A model generated the notes under the pieces. It searched no databases. It worked only from the letters and a program-made list of their open reading frames with translations, and had not been told where the DNA came from. This document shows positions 12,049-26,047 of a stretch of DNA of 49,482 nucleotides, one piece after another; positions within the stretch are counted from its first letter, which is position 1; every line of letters begins with the position of its first letter. The stretch is from Intoshia linei. Taxonomy: Eukaryota > Animalia > Orthonectida. Position numbers and translations under genes: made by a program. The stretch covers positions 1-49,482 of the forward strand of contig LWCA01000133.1 in assembly GCA_001642005.1 (NCBI GenBank), read 5' to 3'.

Positions 12049-14616
12049 TCAAATTTTATTAAATTTATTTTCAAACCATTTAAATCTAAAGAAACGTTTT
12101 GTTTTTTTAATCGATATTTGATTGGGATGAGGTTTAGAATGATATTTTTGTTTAATTTTTTCTTTTTCCAAGTTATTTATTTTGTCTATATTTTCATTTA
12201 ATTTTCCAATAATCATGTTTGTTTTAGATGCTAGTTCACGAAAGTTATTTGATAAATCAAACACATGAGATTCCAAATTTTGAATTCTTTTTTGAAGTGG
12301 TCTAAATTCGATTAAAATGTACTAATTTAATTATGATCTTATGAAAATTTTAATTCCCCGCAAAAATATTTCAAACTAATGCTTTATTCCTATTATACTT
12401 ATACATATGTTACCGACCGTTTCAAGAATCAGTCATTTTGCTATTTCAGGCAAAGTAAAAAATTTAATTTTTTTCGATATCTGAAGAAAAAATTAAATGT
12501 ACGTTTATTTAGTCTTACACTTAATTGGCTTATTAAGATTTGAATATATTTGAACTCAGAGTGCATAATTCATTTACGAATGCTGGAAACTGCGATCCTA
12601 GTGATGATAAGGATGCTAAAGTAGTCGAAGCTTTTTTGTATTTATATCAACTTGTTTCAGACTCAATAAATAAACTCATAAACAGTAGAATTTTTCAAAC
12701 CATTCAAACTCAATTTTTAGCAAAAAAAATATTTATACAATAATGTAAGTATAAATTACAATTTAATGTCACATTATGTGTAATTAAAACAACCAAAACT
12801 GCAGTATACTAGTGAAATAATTTTTTACGTGACTGTGTTTGATACCAAAAAGGTTGAATTGAAACCCAGTGTTTTAAATTAGAGCTGATCAGAATGTACA
12901 TTGTACAATAACAATAAATTACCTCAAATCTTTAAGTTTAGGTTCATTAGGTTTGTATCTATAATTTTTTATATAACTACTGGTGGTACTTCCAATGCTA
13001 TTTCGCCTATATGGTTTGCGTTTTGTACCTTCTTGTGATCGGATTTTTACTCTAGATTCTATTGATCCTTGAGCTTTATCAAACCAAACATTTTTTTCAG
13101 TTATTGTCGCTTCTAATCCTTGATACAAGACGTATAGGGAAGAGACTTGTCTTTTGAGTTTGGTTAATTCGGAAACGTCTAAATTGAAAAAATATTTAAA
13201 TGAGCTGAATCCGTGAATTATTGATACAAAATATTTTTTACTTATCGAAAATGGATACTGAATATATGTTGTCACACTATGATAGAGAATTTCAGGTATT
13301 TACAATTTTATTTTTTCTGGAATTCATGTTATTTATGACGAATTTTAGGGTTGTAACTATAATTGTAATGTTTCTACTTAATTTTTAATATTATATACTC
13401 ATTCTATAATAAATTAAAAAAATCGGACCAAAAAATTGTTTTTGAAATTATTTAGAAAAATGTTAACAAATTAACCGTTAATGTGAATAATTTAGTAATG
13501 TTAGTTTAATTTAAGGTGAAAGAACCGGTTCATAGTAAAACAAGATTAGGAACCCCTGCTTTTATAGGTTGATAATAATGAATAGTAATAAGTTTATATA
13601 TGATTTTATTATTGAATTTATTCTTTTTGTAAAATTTAAAAGCTTCCCCTCGCCAGAGCTTGTACGAATTGCATCAAAGTCAAACTGGTCATAATAAAAA
13701 GTTAATATATCGCAGTGTTAGAGTTATAATGTTCAATCTGCATTTTTGTCAAAAATGAGGTTTTTGATGAAAAATGTTTTTGAATCATATCTTTTACATT
13801 TTTACCCAAAAAAATTAAGCTTGAAAACGTATTATTTTATGATATAACGAACATTTACTGGTTTAAACTCATTAAAATTTAAGATATTAAAAGTATGTTA
13901 ATCAAAATGGACAATGAGTAAAGAATTTTATAATTTAAATATATAAATTGATACAAATTAATTTTGATGATAAAAATGTTAAATGTTAACAGTTTCTATA
14001 GAATAATGTTCTATTTGCAATTTTCAAATCAAATAGTTAGTCAGATTGTTCCATTAGTGAAATTTAAGTTCTGAAAAACGCTTATGTTTTTATTTTTCGT
14101 ACGAAACTTTTCAATATATTTTAACAAATATTAAAAAACTAAATTTTAACATAAAAATTATATTTTAGTAATTTTAAACTTTAAAGTCGATTTATGAAAA
14201 ACTGTTTTAGCAGATAGAACAATATAACTCTAACACTGCGATATTATAAACGTTATAAAAATAATACTATATTAACCATTAGAATTTTATTGGAGTAACG
14301 TGTTAATACATTCAATTAAACGTAAATTACTTTTTGTTCTTGCAGTCGGAAGTGGTATGGGTGCTTTATTGATTCGATTATTAATTCTAACGCTTTTAAG
14401 ACTTTTTATCAGTGAATCATCTTCATCTGATATTGAAGGAGGTAATGATGGTATGCTAGATATTTTATTCGATTTGTCGTCTTCGCTAGCAGAAGCAGCT
14501 GAAGATTTTTTAGTGTAGTCGCTAGAATTTTGTGAAGATTGAGAAGAAATATAGTAATCACTTTGAATGTTATTTTTGAGAGGAAAATTGTCAAACACTT
14601 GAATTTTGGAAAACAT
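12049..14616 (-). CDS. Hypothetical Ser-rich/coiled-coil protein (at least 3 exons)
   Basis: Open exons ~14616-14310, ~13178-12923 and ~12301-12049 with splice-like ends; heptad-like segments ELTKLKRQVSSL and LQKRIQNLESHV; internal structure uncertain. Confidence 0.55.
13710..14241. mobile_element. MITE with ~30-bp TIRs, flanked by TA
   Basis: TCGCAGTGTTAGAGTTATAATGTTCAATCTGC ... GCAGATAGAACAATATAACTCTAACACTGCGA; TA on both sides; superfamily unclear. Confidence 0.75.
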
Positions 14617-14822
14617 TAGAATGAATTTTAGTTTAAATGTTTACAGATGATCAATTGTGGGTGTCGGCAAATTGTAAATAAAAATAGAATTTTAAAGTAG
14701 CTTACAAATTATAACCTCAATTTTAAGGTTCATTTGATTATATAAATGCAATAAAATATTAAATTATAAGATTTTATTGTTAAAAGATGAAACAACATTT
14801 AATACACTTAATCATTGAAATA

Positions 14823-16823
14823 TCAATTTACTGTATTTATATTGCAGCTTTCCAAACTTTGACAAATGGCTTCGTTAAATTGTTCTATTCTAGTCTAAAT
14901 GGTAGAAAATGATGTTTTTATTATTTTCATTGTTGCTAAATACCGTTGAAGCTTCCATGAAAATTCCATTAGGCAAATTTCTTTGAATATATTCTAAAAA
15001 TGTCGATAGGGTAGATCCAGTCATATTTATTAGCTAAATTAAATATTAGTTTTGATTTACGATTACACTATATAATATATACCTTGATATTCATAAAATG
15101 AGTTCTAACTTCGTATTGAATTAGATTCTTTTTATGTAAATGAATGGATCGCAATGTTGTAAAACGATGAAATGTAGGTTTTTCTAATATTTTGCTAAAT
15201 AATGAAACAACAAATATTTATTTATTACGATTCTTTAATAGTTAGATCTAGATTTTTCGAAACCATCTCTATAAACGTTTGATAACTTTTTAGCACAGCT
15301 ATATCGTGACCTTTCAATTTCAAATGAACCATCGAAAATAAATCGTCCACATTTTGCAAGTGTTCGTCGCACTCTGCTTCTTGGGATAAATTCTAAATCA
15401 TATTGACAAAAATGACCAAGGTTTTCTGTGTATTCATGTCCTCTGGGATATCTTTCCCCAATGCAGATCTGCGAACTATTATCGGGAGCATAAAAATTAA
15501 TTGAATGTATTGAACGTAAAAAAGTCAAATAATATTTTGGTAACGTCTGTTAGCAATTAGATGTTGGTTTCGAAAAAATTCAACCTGAAACAAATCCGCG
15601 CTAGAAAGTGTGGGAATAATAAATATAAAATTGGTAATACAAAAAAATTTACATTGTATATTACCTGTCCGAGGTGAAGAAAGAGTGGTAATCCCTAGAT
15701 TAGTGATGACAAAAAACATAACACGTGTGTCACTAGTAACACGCACAAGGATTCGACTTGACACGCTGGTAAAAAGCTTATTTGAAATTTTTAATATGGT
15801 GTGGAAAAATTAACTCAAAAGTGTGTAATAATAGAAAAGTATACATACCCAAAATTATTTATCATTTAAGAGTGACACGCAACTATAAAAGAAAACAGCA
15901 ACATTTTTTTGGCACACCAACTAAAAAGTCTTGCCATCACGTCTTAGATCAACAGAAATAGTAAATTATTAAAATCATTTTTCCAACCACGGCCACATCG
16001 CTATCTAGTGGGTTAACAAATATTGAAACACCACTACAGGGTCGACATCCTTGTTAAAAAGCATAATGTTAAATTTTGCAATTCGTATTATACCGATGAG
16101 ATTTAAGTTATTTTGAAAAAAATTTTATTATTATTAATAATTTATTATCAAATTTATTGTAATGTAAATTATAAATTCTTGTCGATTATTATCTATTATT
16201 TTAAATTCAAGCTTAAAGTGTAGATAACGTAGAATTGAATACCACTTCAAATACTACAAATAAGTCAAGTAAACTATTGTCGAAAGAAAAATTGAATGCT
16301 AAAAATTTTACATATATTTAAAAAAGTCATTATATTGGTCCATTTTTGTAGGGTATTATAATACCCGACAATTATAGCATGATTTATTTGTGTCATTTAC
16401 TTAAAAATAATAAAATTGGTTCAGTTATTTGTCTGTAAAAGTAATTTTAGTTTAAAAAAATGAAAAATAAACATAAAATTTCTAAAAAAGTAAACATTCG
16501 TCACCCTGCCAAATTTCAAAGTTGTAGTCTATTATTTCGCAGATATTAATAATCACTAAATGTGACGACATTGGAAAATAATTTTCAATAACATTAGTGG
16601 GACGCGCCAATACTATCATAAACTATAATTTTTTAACATTTACCTCCTTTGTGATGGAATAAGGTATAGCTTTAATTTTCAGTAAGTGAGCGGGAATTGA
16701 ATTGAAACGATTCTCATAACATCGAATTGGTTGATGGTTTACTGTAATTGCAATTTTTCCACAGCTTTTAAAATTATTTATAGCAGATCCGCATAGTCGT
16801 AAATTTTTGACCAATTTAAACAT
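14823..16823 (-). CDS. MRPS10: Mitochondrial ribosomal protein S10 (uS10m)
   Basis: Basic presequence exon 16823-16644, then LKGHDIAVLKSYQTF, RFTTLRSIHLHKKNLIQYEVRTH and MTGSTLSTFLEYIQRNLPNGIFME. Confidence 0.92.
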
Positions 16824-17583
16824 ATTTAAAATGGATAAAATTCAACTAAATATTATCGCTCACGTCGCAGGAATAAATGTTTATTTGAAAGATTAATTTT
16901 CCATAACTAATAAGCATTTTACGATTACTTCTTGATGAAAATACTTTATTTAGCCGTGTTATTAATGACGGACTGTTAACATTTATGAGGAATCAAAAGA
17001 AACTTCTTAAAACATGGGAAATGATTTAGGTAAAAGCGTAATTACCAAAAAAAATGTCATAACACATTTCCTACACAGGTAGATTAGTATCTTTTCATAT
17101 TAAATTCGATATTCGATAGTTAAATACTTATTTAACATTGTTACTGTATTGATAATGTTTACGTATATCTAAAAGATGATTTTTTACCCAAAATAATAAC
17201 CCAAAGGGTTAAGTTAACCCTATTATTACAAATATTTGAAAACAAAATTTTAGGTAATTTTTATGTGGCATTATTTCAGTTACTACTAGTCAAATTTTTT
17301 GGTAATTTTTACGATAATATTTTATCAACTGATACATAAAATATCAGGCTAGGCAAAACCGTTTAAAAAGTTCAAGAATGTTATGATATGCAATAATCAC
17401 GTTAAAAATGTGATAAATTCGAGAAATTTCATCAAGTGTACATTCTGAAATGAAATGGCTCTCATTGAGCTCCATACAAATCATTAATATCGTCAATAAT
17501 AATAAGCTTTGTAACATCGCTCATAAGATAGCAAAAATTTATTTTGAATTATTCAGTTTTTATTGTGTAAATTAATTCAATAT

Positions 17584-20500
17584 ATGATTTTGAAATGGTC
17601 ACTAAAAATCATACATATAAAAAATGTAATTTGTGGAAACCAAATAATACGAGATTTTGGAAATTTGATTTTGCATAAACATATTGAAAAAAAATGGAAA
17701 TTAAGTCAAACTTTGTACAGTTATAATAGCAATCGAACGGCATGTAGTTTCCCAGAATTTTCAACAGGAAAATTTGCTAGAGTTGCTACTTCATCTATAC
17801 TTGCAACAAAAGGGAATAGTAGTGTATTGAGTGTATGTGTAATTGACGATGAACCTCGAGATTTAAATTTAAACTTAAATGTAAATTATAAACAAAACAT
17901 GTCTGCTGCCTCTAGAATACCTACAAATTTTTTTAGAAGAGATTTGGGTAACTCCCAAACGGAAATATTGACATCAAGACTTATAGACAGATCATTGAGA
18001 TCTGGGTTATCCTCGATACAAAAGGGGATTAATATAACCGCAAATCTTATGTCCATTGACGCTGAAAGCGATCCCGACATTTTATCTATAAATTCTGCTT
18101 CTTTAGCGATTCAAAAGACAGGATTAAATTTTGATCCCGTTGCAGCATGTAGAGTTTGCATTATTGACGATAAAGTAGAAATAAATCCTTTAGCGCACGA
18201 AGCTGCACTTTCTACTGTGAATTTGGTTGTAGTTTCAAATAATGCCCAAAAAATTGTCATGATTGAAGGTGACGGGGAAGAAATTGATAATGATAACATT
18301 CTAGTATGCCTTACTTCAGCCATAGAAAAAAATGATGAATTATTGAATATTATGAAAAAGTTTATATCTAATCATACTAAACACTGCATTAACAATGAAA
18401 ATACTTGGATAGATGCTGATATTTCATCAGATGAGGGTACTTTTTTAGAAGATAATATATCCGCAGCCATTACTGAATTGTTTAATAAAAAAATAAAACA
18501 CAGAAATGATTTTCACGTCAATATAATGAATATTAGGAAAAATATTAAAAAACTCTTCTTTCAAACGTTTCCCGATTCAAAAAAAAGCATTGATAGTTTT
18601 ATGGATAATTCAATACGACAAAAATGTAGAAATTTGATAATTACGCATAAACGCAGGTTTTTTTAAATATACATTTATGTGACATTAATTAATTTAAGAA
18701 TCGTTATACAAATATAAATAATTGTATATAGAAATATTTTCAATAAATTAAAATGGTTAAAATCACTTTAGGCCATATTTTTTCAGGTAACTAATAAAAA
18801 AAATCATTTACAATTTTAACTTTTTAACTTTCGGTTTATGTTTTAGTTTTAGTATACGAATACATATTGTATTACTTATAATATTTAGATTTGATGATCG
18901 CCAACTATCAGAAATTAGAGAAATATATTCAGAAATTGACATTTTTCCGCTAGTGCACGCTTCCGCTTTGTTTCAAAGAGGTTACACTCAAGTTTATACC
19001 AGTTTAACATTTGATTCACCTCAATCAAGTGTAAAAATTGATCCCATAAACGCATTACTCACTGGAAAATCTGAAAATAAGTTTTTCCATCATTACGAGT
19101 TTCCCTCATTTGCCGTGAACGAGTCATCATCCAATAAAAAAATGAGACGTGAAGTGGGACACGGTATGTTAGCTGAAAAATCGATAAGATCTATTCTGCC
19201 TAGAGAAGACTTGGAATTTACTATACGCCTTAACTCACAAGTATTAGAATCTAATGGTAATCAATATTTTTAAATTTTATATAAAATCTATCAAAGGTTC
19301 TTCATCTATGGCTTCAGTGTGTGCTTCTAGCTTAGCATTGTTTTCTGCTGGAGTAAATATTAAAAGACACGTAGCAGGTGTTGCAGTAGGTATGCACTAA
19401 TATTTTATATTATGTATTCAACCTATTGGTACTTTTTTTATTAGAATTATTGTTGAAATTTAATTTGCTTCCTAGTTCATAATTATGAATTTAGTTAGTT
19501 ATTAATATAATAAAATTAACATAATATTAGTTATCATTTTCGTCATAAATAAATATTTTTTTTATACAATTCTATGTAACTGAATCTCATTTTTGGAACA
19601 TTTAAAATAATTAAAATCAGTATATTGGTGGGCCACAGACACCTTTGTAGCAATATTTAAATGTATATTTAAAAATATTATATAATTTAGGTTGTATTAT
19701 GGATGAAAATGAAACCGTTTATTTAACCGATATAACAGGGTTCGAGGATTATATTGGAGATATGGATTTTAAAATAGCTGGAACCAGTGAGGGTGTTACA
19801 GGAATTCAACTTGATCTTAAAACAAATGGATTAACCATAGATCAAATATCTAAATCGTTAGATATATCTTTATATGCACGTTTAAAAATTATTGAAAATT
19901 TAAAATCTACCATCAATATCAATAGAAATGTAAAAAACAAAGATTTTGTAAATAATATAAATTTTCCAATAATTGAATCTCGAAAAATTGAAATTGAAAA
20001 ACGAGCCCAATTGATAGGAGTGGGTGGTCTTAATCTGAGAAAAATTATTAATAAAACAGGTAATGATTTATTAGGTTATGAGTTTGATCAATGTTTCTCA
20101 ACGGGTGCAATCAGCAATTTTTATGTGTGTCTAACCAAAAATTGAAAACGAGCTATATACCATTTCACTGAGTAATAACAGATTATTTAGTTTTTTATAC
20201 CGAAAACATTTTTTAAATTTTAAGTTTTTCTTACAAAATCTTATACACTATAGCAGGGGTTATCAACTTTTATTTAGAATCGCTCTTAAGCCCATAATTC
20301 ACACATATTTTTTTAAAATCGCCCCCTCCATAATTTATAAACAAGTTATCACTGTTGATCAATTTTTTAAAGAGCGATCCGTAAAACCAATAATTCTAAT
20401 ATTGTAATATTTTTTTATGTTATCTTAGACATTGGCGGAGTATTAAAATAATTTATAATTATAATTTGATAATTTAATAAATTGTTCATAATTAATATAA

Positions 20501-22099
20501 ATAATCTTATTTTAAATATACTTATAAATATCGATTAATTAATAAATTAACTATTAGAAAATTTATAATTTATTAACTCTTTTTAGTGATTATTTCTTAT
20601 TAATAAAAAAAAATTTAGATTATGTATTTTATGAAATAAACTAGAAAAATCGCTCCCCAAGGGACGATTCGCCCACCGTTGAGAATCCCTGCACTATAGT
20701 AAAGATTTAATGAATAATATTAACAAAAGTAAAGTAAGAACCTAATAAATATACAATTTTTATTATTTTGTCAATTTTTTGTATGTTAAAAATTTTTGAA
20801 TTGCATTTAGTGTGTGCCTCAAGTGAAAAAAGGTTGAGAAACACTAAGTTGATTATACTGATCAATATATTTAGGAGTGACCATATCAACTGTCGATGAA
20901 AACCATATTGAAATATTTGCTCCTAATAAAAATTCCTTTGACACGGCCACTAAAATGATTGATGAATTACTTTCGGCTCAAGTAACATATAATTTTATTC
21001 CTTTTCATTTTTAAATGTGTCCCGTGTAAAATTAATATAATTTTTTATTTGTTCAAAATAGTTGGATCCAATTCCGAACTTTAAATCCCCCGAGACGGGG
21101 ATTCAACGACATTTTTGTAAAATGGTGACCATTCTCCAACATTGAGTACTAAGAAAATTATATTGTTGAATATCATAACTATTTTGTGTATTAAATTTAA
21201 AATATCAAGTTTAAGGCATTATATATGTTATATGGCACCACGCATCTCTTGTGAAATAATTTTTAGGTGCCTATTTGTCATTTTCGGTAGTCTCAAGATA
21301 GGTAGATTCGGCTCTGGTTGTATCATGCACAATGTTCATTATACATGTAGTTAGAAAATACCGTTTAATAAGATCAGTAACTCCTTTAATAACCTAGAAT
21401 GAAATAATGTAACAAAATTTATTGTATTCTAAATAAAATTGCAATAACGACCCGTGAATTCTCTAAAATCACATTATTATAGTTAAATTTTAAAACATTG
21501 TGTATTAATTTCTGAACTTAACGTCTTCACTGCCAAAAAAGCATGACCAATTTAATCAAAAGCAATGATAATATAATGATGTGACAACGCCTGTTTCATG
21601 GATAAGTCCATAGTAAGTTTATGACCCTTTTAATTATGTTGAAAATCAACAACCAGTACAGTATAAAATTAACAATGACATAAAAATATTTTTTGATGTC
21701 TGAAAATATGTAATACAATATTAAATAGAGAGAACCCACATTAGAATTTGGAAGAGTATATGAAGCCGAAGTAGCTGAAATAAGGTATACTCTATTGTAT
21801 TTCACACTTATTCTAGATCTTCTGGTTTGATGGTTAAATTATATGAAAGTATGATTCCTGTTTTGGTTCCAAATAGTCAACTTGATTCAATACGGGTAAT
21901 TTTGTTTTTTAATACATTTATAAATATTTTCATCTAGATCAGCCACCCAGAGGTTTTAGGATTTACACCAGGTGATACTATTAAAGTTAAATATTTTGGA
22001 CGAGACAGTGTTAATGGAAGAATGAGATTATCTAGAAAAATGATTCACTCTCTCGGAAAAAATCAAACCGCGATTAATTTTATTAATCGAAAAAAATAA
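17584..22099 (+). CDS. PNPT1: Polyribonucleotide nucleotidyltransferase (mitochondrial PNPase, 8 exons)
   Basis: [73 protein letters not shown] motif ([12 protein letters not shown]) and S1 domain. Confidence 0.96.
20254..20691. mobile_element. hAT/Charlie-type MITE in a PNPT1 intron, 438 bp
   Basis: TIRs CAGGGGTTATCAAC...GTTGAGAATCCCTG; perfect TSD CACTATAG at 20246-20253 and 20692-20699. Confidence 0.9.
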
Positions 22100-22117
22100 A
22101 TATATTTATAAATTTTA

Positions 22118-23792
22118 TTAATATACACAAGTGGCAGAAATTAAATAAAATGCAATTGGTGTAGAATCTAACATTGGTCTCGTTCTATTTGGTAGAACCT
22201 ATATATATAAGTTTAAGTTATATTAAAATTACCTGATATTTTCGACACATTGTATTCCACATTCGTATATTAGTGTAAGTATTTTGGTTCAGAAAATAAT
22301 TGTAACATTCCTGTATGGACTAAAGATAAAATAAATAATATTTACTTGTTATAACTTATAATGCATGTAACTTTCCAATCGTACAAAAAGCATTTTGCAA
22401 TATTTAATAAAATAAAGGTCCCAATATGGTTTTCTTCTGAATATAAAAAAGTAATGTATTGTATACAAGTATTTCTAAATTGGACTACATTGTAGTACGA
22501 TTCTAGGTCCAGCCAAAAGTTTGGAAAAATAGAATGTATGATTTTAATTATGAAAGAACTGATTAGATTTACAATTTTTATGATGAAATAGTTTTCACCC
22601 ATTTCAAAAAATTAATTTAAATTACCGACAAATAGTTTGAACAAACAACAATTTGACACATCCTCTCGGTAAGTTTTGACAAAATTTTCAAAATCTGACA
22701 GGGAGAAAAAGTTTGAACGACAATAACTAGACTAATAAAATAGTAAATAATTTCAAATAAATTTACGAATTAATCTTTTTTAAATTTGATAAATTGGATT
22801 CATCCAGCTAAAATATATTACATTATTTTAATATGGCTTACCATGTGTATATCTTGGATATTGACATTGGTAGGTTTTTTTTGATTGATAGTGCACCACT
22901 TATTGTATATTTTACTACAGAAATTTGAATATACGTTATTACAATGTTTACGGTTTATTTCCAACAAAAACTTGCAAAAATCCATCATCTAACATAATTT
23001 AAGGATAATGAAATATTTACCAGTAATTTTTTCCGAAATCCCAGCAGTCAATAATCCTTTGGTTTGTTCAACTAACCCAACTGAACTATTGTAAGTAATA
23101 TTAGAGTAGTACAAAATTTCTGCCAAAACTTGTGGATATATTCTAAACAAAAATGAGATACACATAAAAATATAATTTTCAAATACTGAAATGTATCAAT
23201 TTATAAAAACTAAAACATCCAATGCTGTTTTTTTCCAGATAAATTTGACAATATCGAATTAAGTATTAAATGACTTACAAGCATTTGTTTAATTTAGCAA
23301 AATGATTAAATGTCGGTTTTTTAAGGTTTAGAACTGGTCGTTTTCTAAAAAAAATAAGAAACTCATGGATTGATAAAACTGTTTTAATTTTTTTCTGATA
23401 TATTTTTCTTGGCAAAAGACGCTTTTTGATTGAAAAGTAATATTGTCACTTATAATTTGGTGTACTATTCTCTAAAAAATTTAATTTAAATTAATAATTA
23501 ACAATTAAAAACCTTTCTAGAATCGTTAATTTCTATACAATGTTCGTTATTGTGTATATTTGTTTGGCAAAGTGAAATTAATTCGTTATTAACTAATTCA
23601 TAGTCGACATTATAAGACATTCCAGCTAATTTTGAGCTTTTGAGTTTTTTTTTGTGGGCGCGTAGAAAACTATAACATTATATAACAATTTTATTACTTT
23701 CACCTGCAATTATTAACTTCAACGATTCCACTACATTCTTCGTCGACAAAATATACTATTTTATCTCCATTTTTTATTTTTTCAGAATCCAT
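22118..23792 (-). CDS. TRMT6: tRNA m1A58 methyltransferase non-catalytic subunit (Gcd10)
   Basis: IVHQIISDNITFQSKSVFCQEKYIRKK, VLAEILYYSNI, EQTKGLLTAGISEK and C-terminal RKYQVLPNRTRPML...YLISA. Confidence 0.88.
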
Positions 23793-23881
23793 TCTATCGA
23801 AATATGTTCAGAGAAATTTTCGATGTTTGTAGTCAAGGTTAAATAAAGTTACTGTTCAACTCCAACTATTATTTAGAAAAA
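23793..23881. promoter_or_regulatory. Probable bidirectional promoter for TRMT6/EIF2B1
   Basis: Only 89 nt separate the divergent start codons. Confidence 0.6.
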
Positions 23882-25562
23882 ATGAGTAATTTTGAAATTT
23901 AAAAATATACATCTAAATTTTTACAGAAATTGTACAAAGTGTTATAAATCAATTTGAAAATTTAAAAATTACAGAAAAATTTGTACCTGATGCAATTCAT
24001 GCCATAAATATTTTAAATAAATTGATCAAAGACGATGAGTGTAATATTGATTTTATATAAAGGATACAATATTTAATAGCTACCACAATCTACGAGTTAT
24101 TGGATAATATCAAAAATGCAATAACCGCAATTATATCAGAATCTAAAACTGTATCAACTTCATCATGTACTGAATTGTTTATGGGATATATTACTCTAAA
24201 AACTCTAGATCAAAGTGTACTCAAATTTAGATTTAAATTTTATGCAATTTAGGATATATCGAAATCTAAGCAAATTTTATTGGATAGAGCTCTTAAGTTT
24301 TCTTTCAAATTATCTAAACAAATCGATACAATTTCCCAGTTCTGCTATAAATATCTTATAAATAAAAATGTAGTTTTTATTTTATATTTATTATTTATCC
24401 ATTAGTGTATTTTAATCATGTCGATGTCGAAAGGATTTACGCCTCTAATGAAAAAAATAATTGAAAACAATGATCCCATTATTTATGTTTTGTGTGACAG
24501 TTCTGAATCTATGTAAGTTGACTCATTAATATTTTATATATGGATATATTTTTTTAGTAAATATATCACAAAGGATGATTTACCCTTGTCTAATCGAATT
24601 AAGTTAATTTCTTTTGCGGAAATTGGGTACATAATCTATTTATTGTTTATTTATAATTTTATAGAAGAGTACTGGGAACTGTTGATGTTATTCTGACAGA
24701 GTCACAAGCCATTGTGGAAAGCGGAGGAATCATTGGAAATGTATATACTATTTATATTTCGGAATCATGTTTATTGTTGACAATTAAAATATAATTTTAT
24801 AAAGTATTCAAATGAACTAATAATAACAGGTTCGTAGATTGTTTTACATCACAAGTTCACCTTTTTTGTTACGGGTTACTAAATTTTTAGTTTTCAATAC
24901 AAATGTTTTGTGCTGATAATTGTGTTTACAAATAATTCAAATTTTGTGTCCACATGACGTGGACTATACTTCTGCAACGCGATCTGATCGAAAACAAACT
25001 ACGGTCACGTTAACCCGGTTTAGTGATTATAATGAAATTTGCATTTTCATTATAATAATAATGTTTGTATTTGTTTTTAATTTGAAATTTTTTAAATGTA
25101 TTACTATTTTTTGCACAATCAAACACGATCTGATGCAAAACTCTAATGGGGACCCGGGTGTAAACGTTATAAAATTAAGTTAAAACTGAGAAAACAATTT
25201 AAACCCTTCAAAAATTGCACCAAGAGTGTTCATTGCAATGACCGTGAATGAAATCTGTATTATATAAATACCTAGGTTGGAACATTTACTACTGCATTGT
25301 GTGCTAAGCAGTTCAAGATACCAATATATATATGCTCAGAAAGTTATAAATTTGTCCGCTTTTGTCCAATCAGACAGTCTTGTATAGATACATATTTGGA
25401 ATCATTAATGGTTTTTTAATAATAGTGATGTTTAATTATTTTTAGGAAGAAAAATCAAAATTAGATTACACTCCACCAAACTACATAGACCTTATATTTA
25501 CCGATATTGGTGTTTTAACTCCATACGCAGCTGCAAATGAATTGATAAAGATTTATTTATAA
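23882..25562 (+). CDS. EIF2B1: Translation initiation factor eIF2B alpha subunit
   Basis: 4-nt first coding exon (ATGA); [67 protein letters not shown]. Confidence 0.93.
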
Positions 25563-26047
25563 ATGAAAAATTATTCTAGTAACTCAATAGAAATACGAAA
25601 ATTATGCATTCTTGAAGGAATCATTTTTTATCTAAATTTGTTATTATTTGTATAAATTTATAATACAGTCCATATTAACCCAATTTTTTATTTTTTTCGA
25701 TTGTAACATTACGAATTAACATTAGGGTGTGAATTTTAGTAGTTTTTTTGGAAATTATATGGTGCAAGAACGGATAAAGTCGCATATGACAGTTTATGGT
25801 TAACAAATTTCATTTCTCAAATTGTTAATTATCATTAAATATTATAAAAAGTTTTTTAGAAAGAAATTATCTAATAATAAATCAAATAATTAAAAGAATA
25901 GTAAGTGGATTTACATTTTCTACCAATAAAATAAAAATTGTGGCGATGGTTCAAAATTATTTCACATTGATAAAATGTGACTTTCTGATTAAAGGTTGAG
26001 AACTCTTGTTATATACTGTAGATAAGACGTTAGTAAATAAATAAGTT

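Noticed and set aside
15235-15528. 97-aa ORF in the ORF track
   Set aside because: Its 3' half is an alternative frame of a real MRPS10 exon; the conserved KGHD/VLKSY motif is in another frame
15991-16052. tRNA/SINE-like A and B boxes
   Set aside because: No cloverleaf; the sequence fits degenerate hAT subterminal ends
14300-18323. Short antisense or overlapping ORFs (14300-14518, 14409-14594, 15525-15813, 17886-18323)
   Set aside because: Shadows of real exons or repeat-derived sequence, with no motifs
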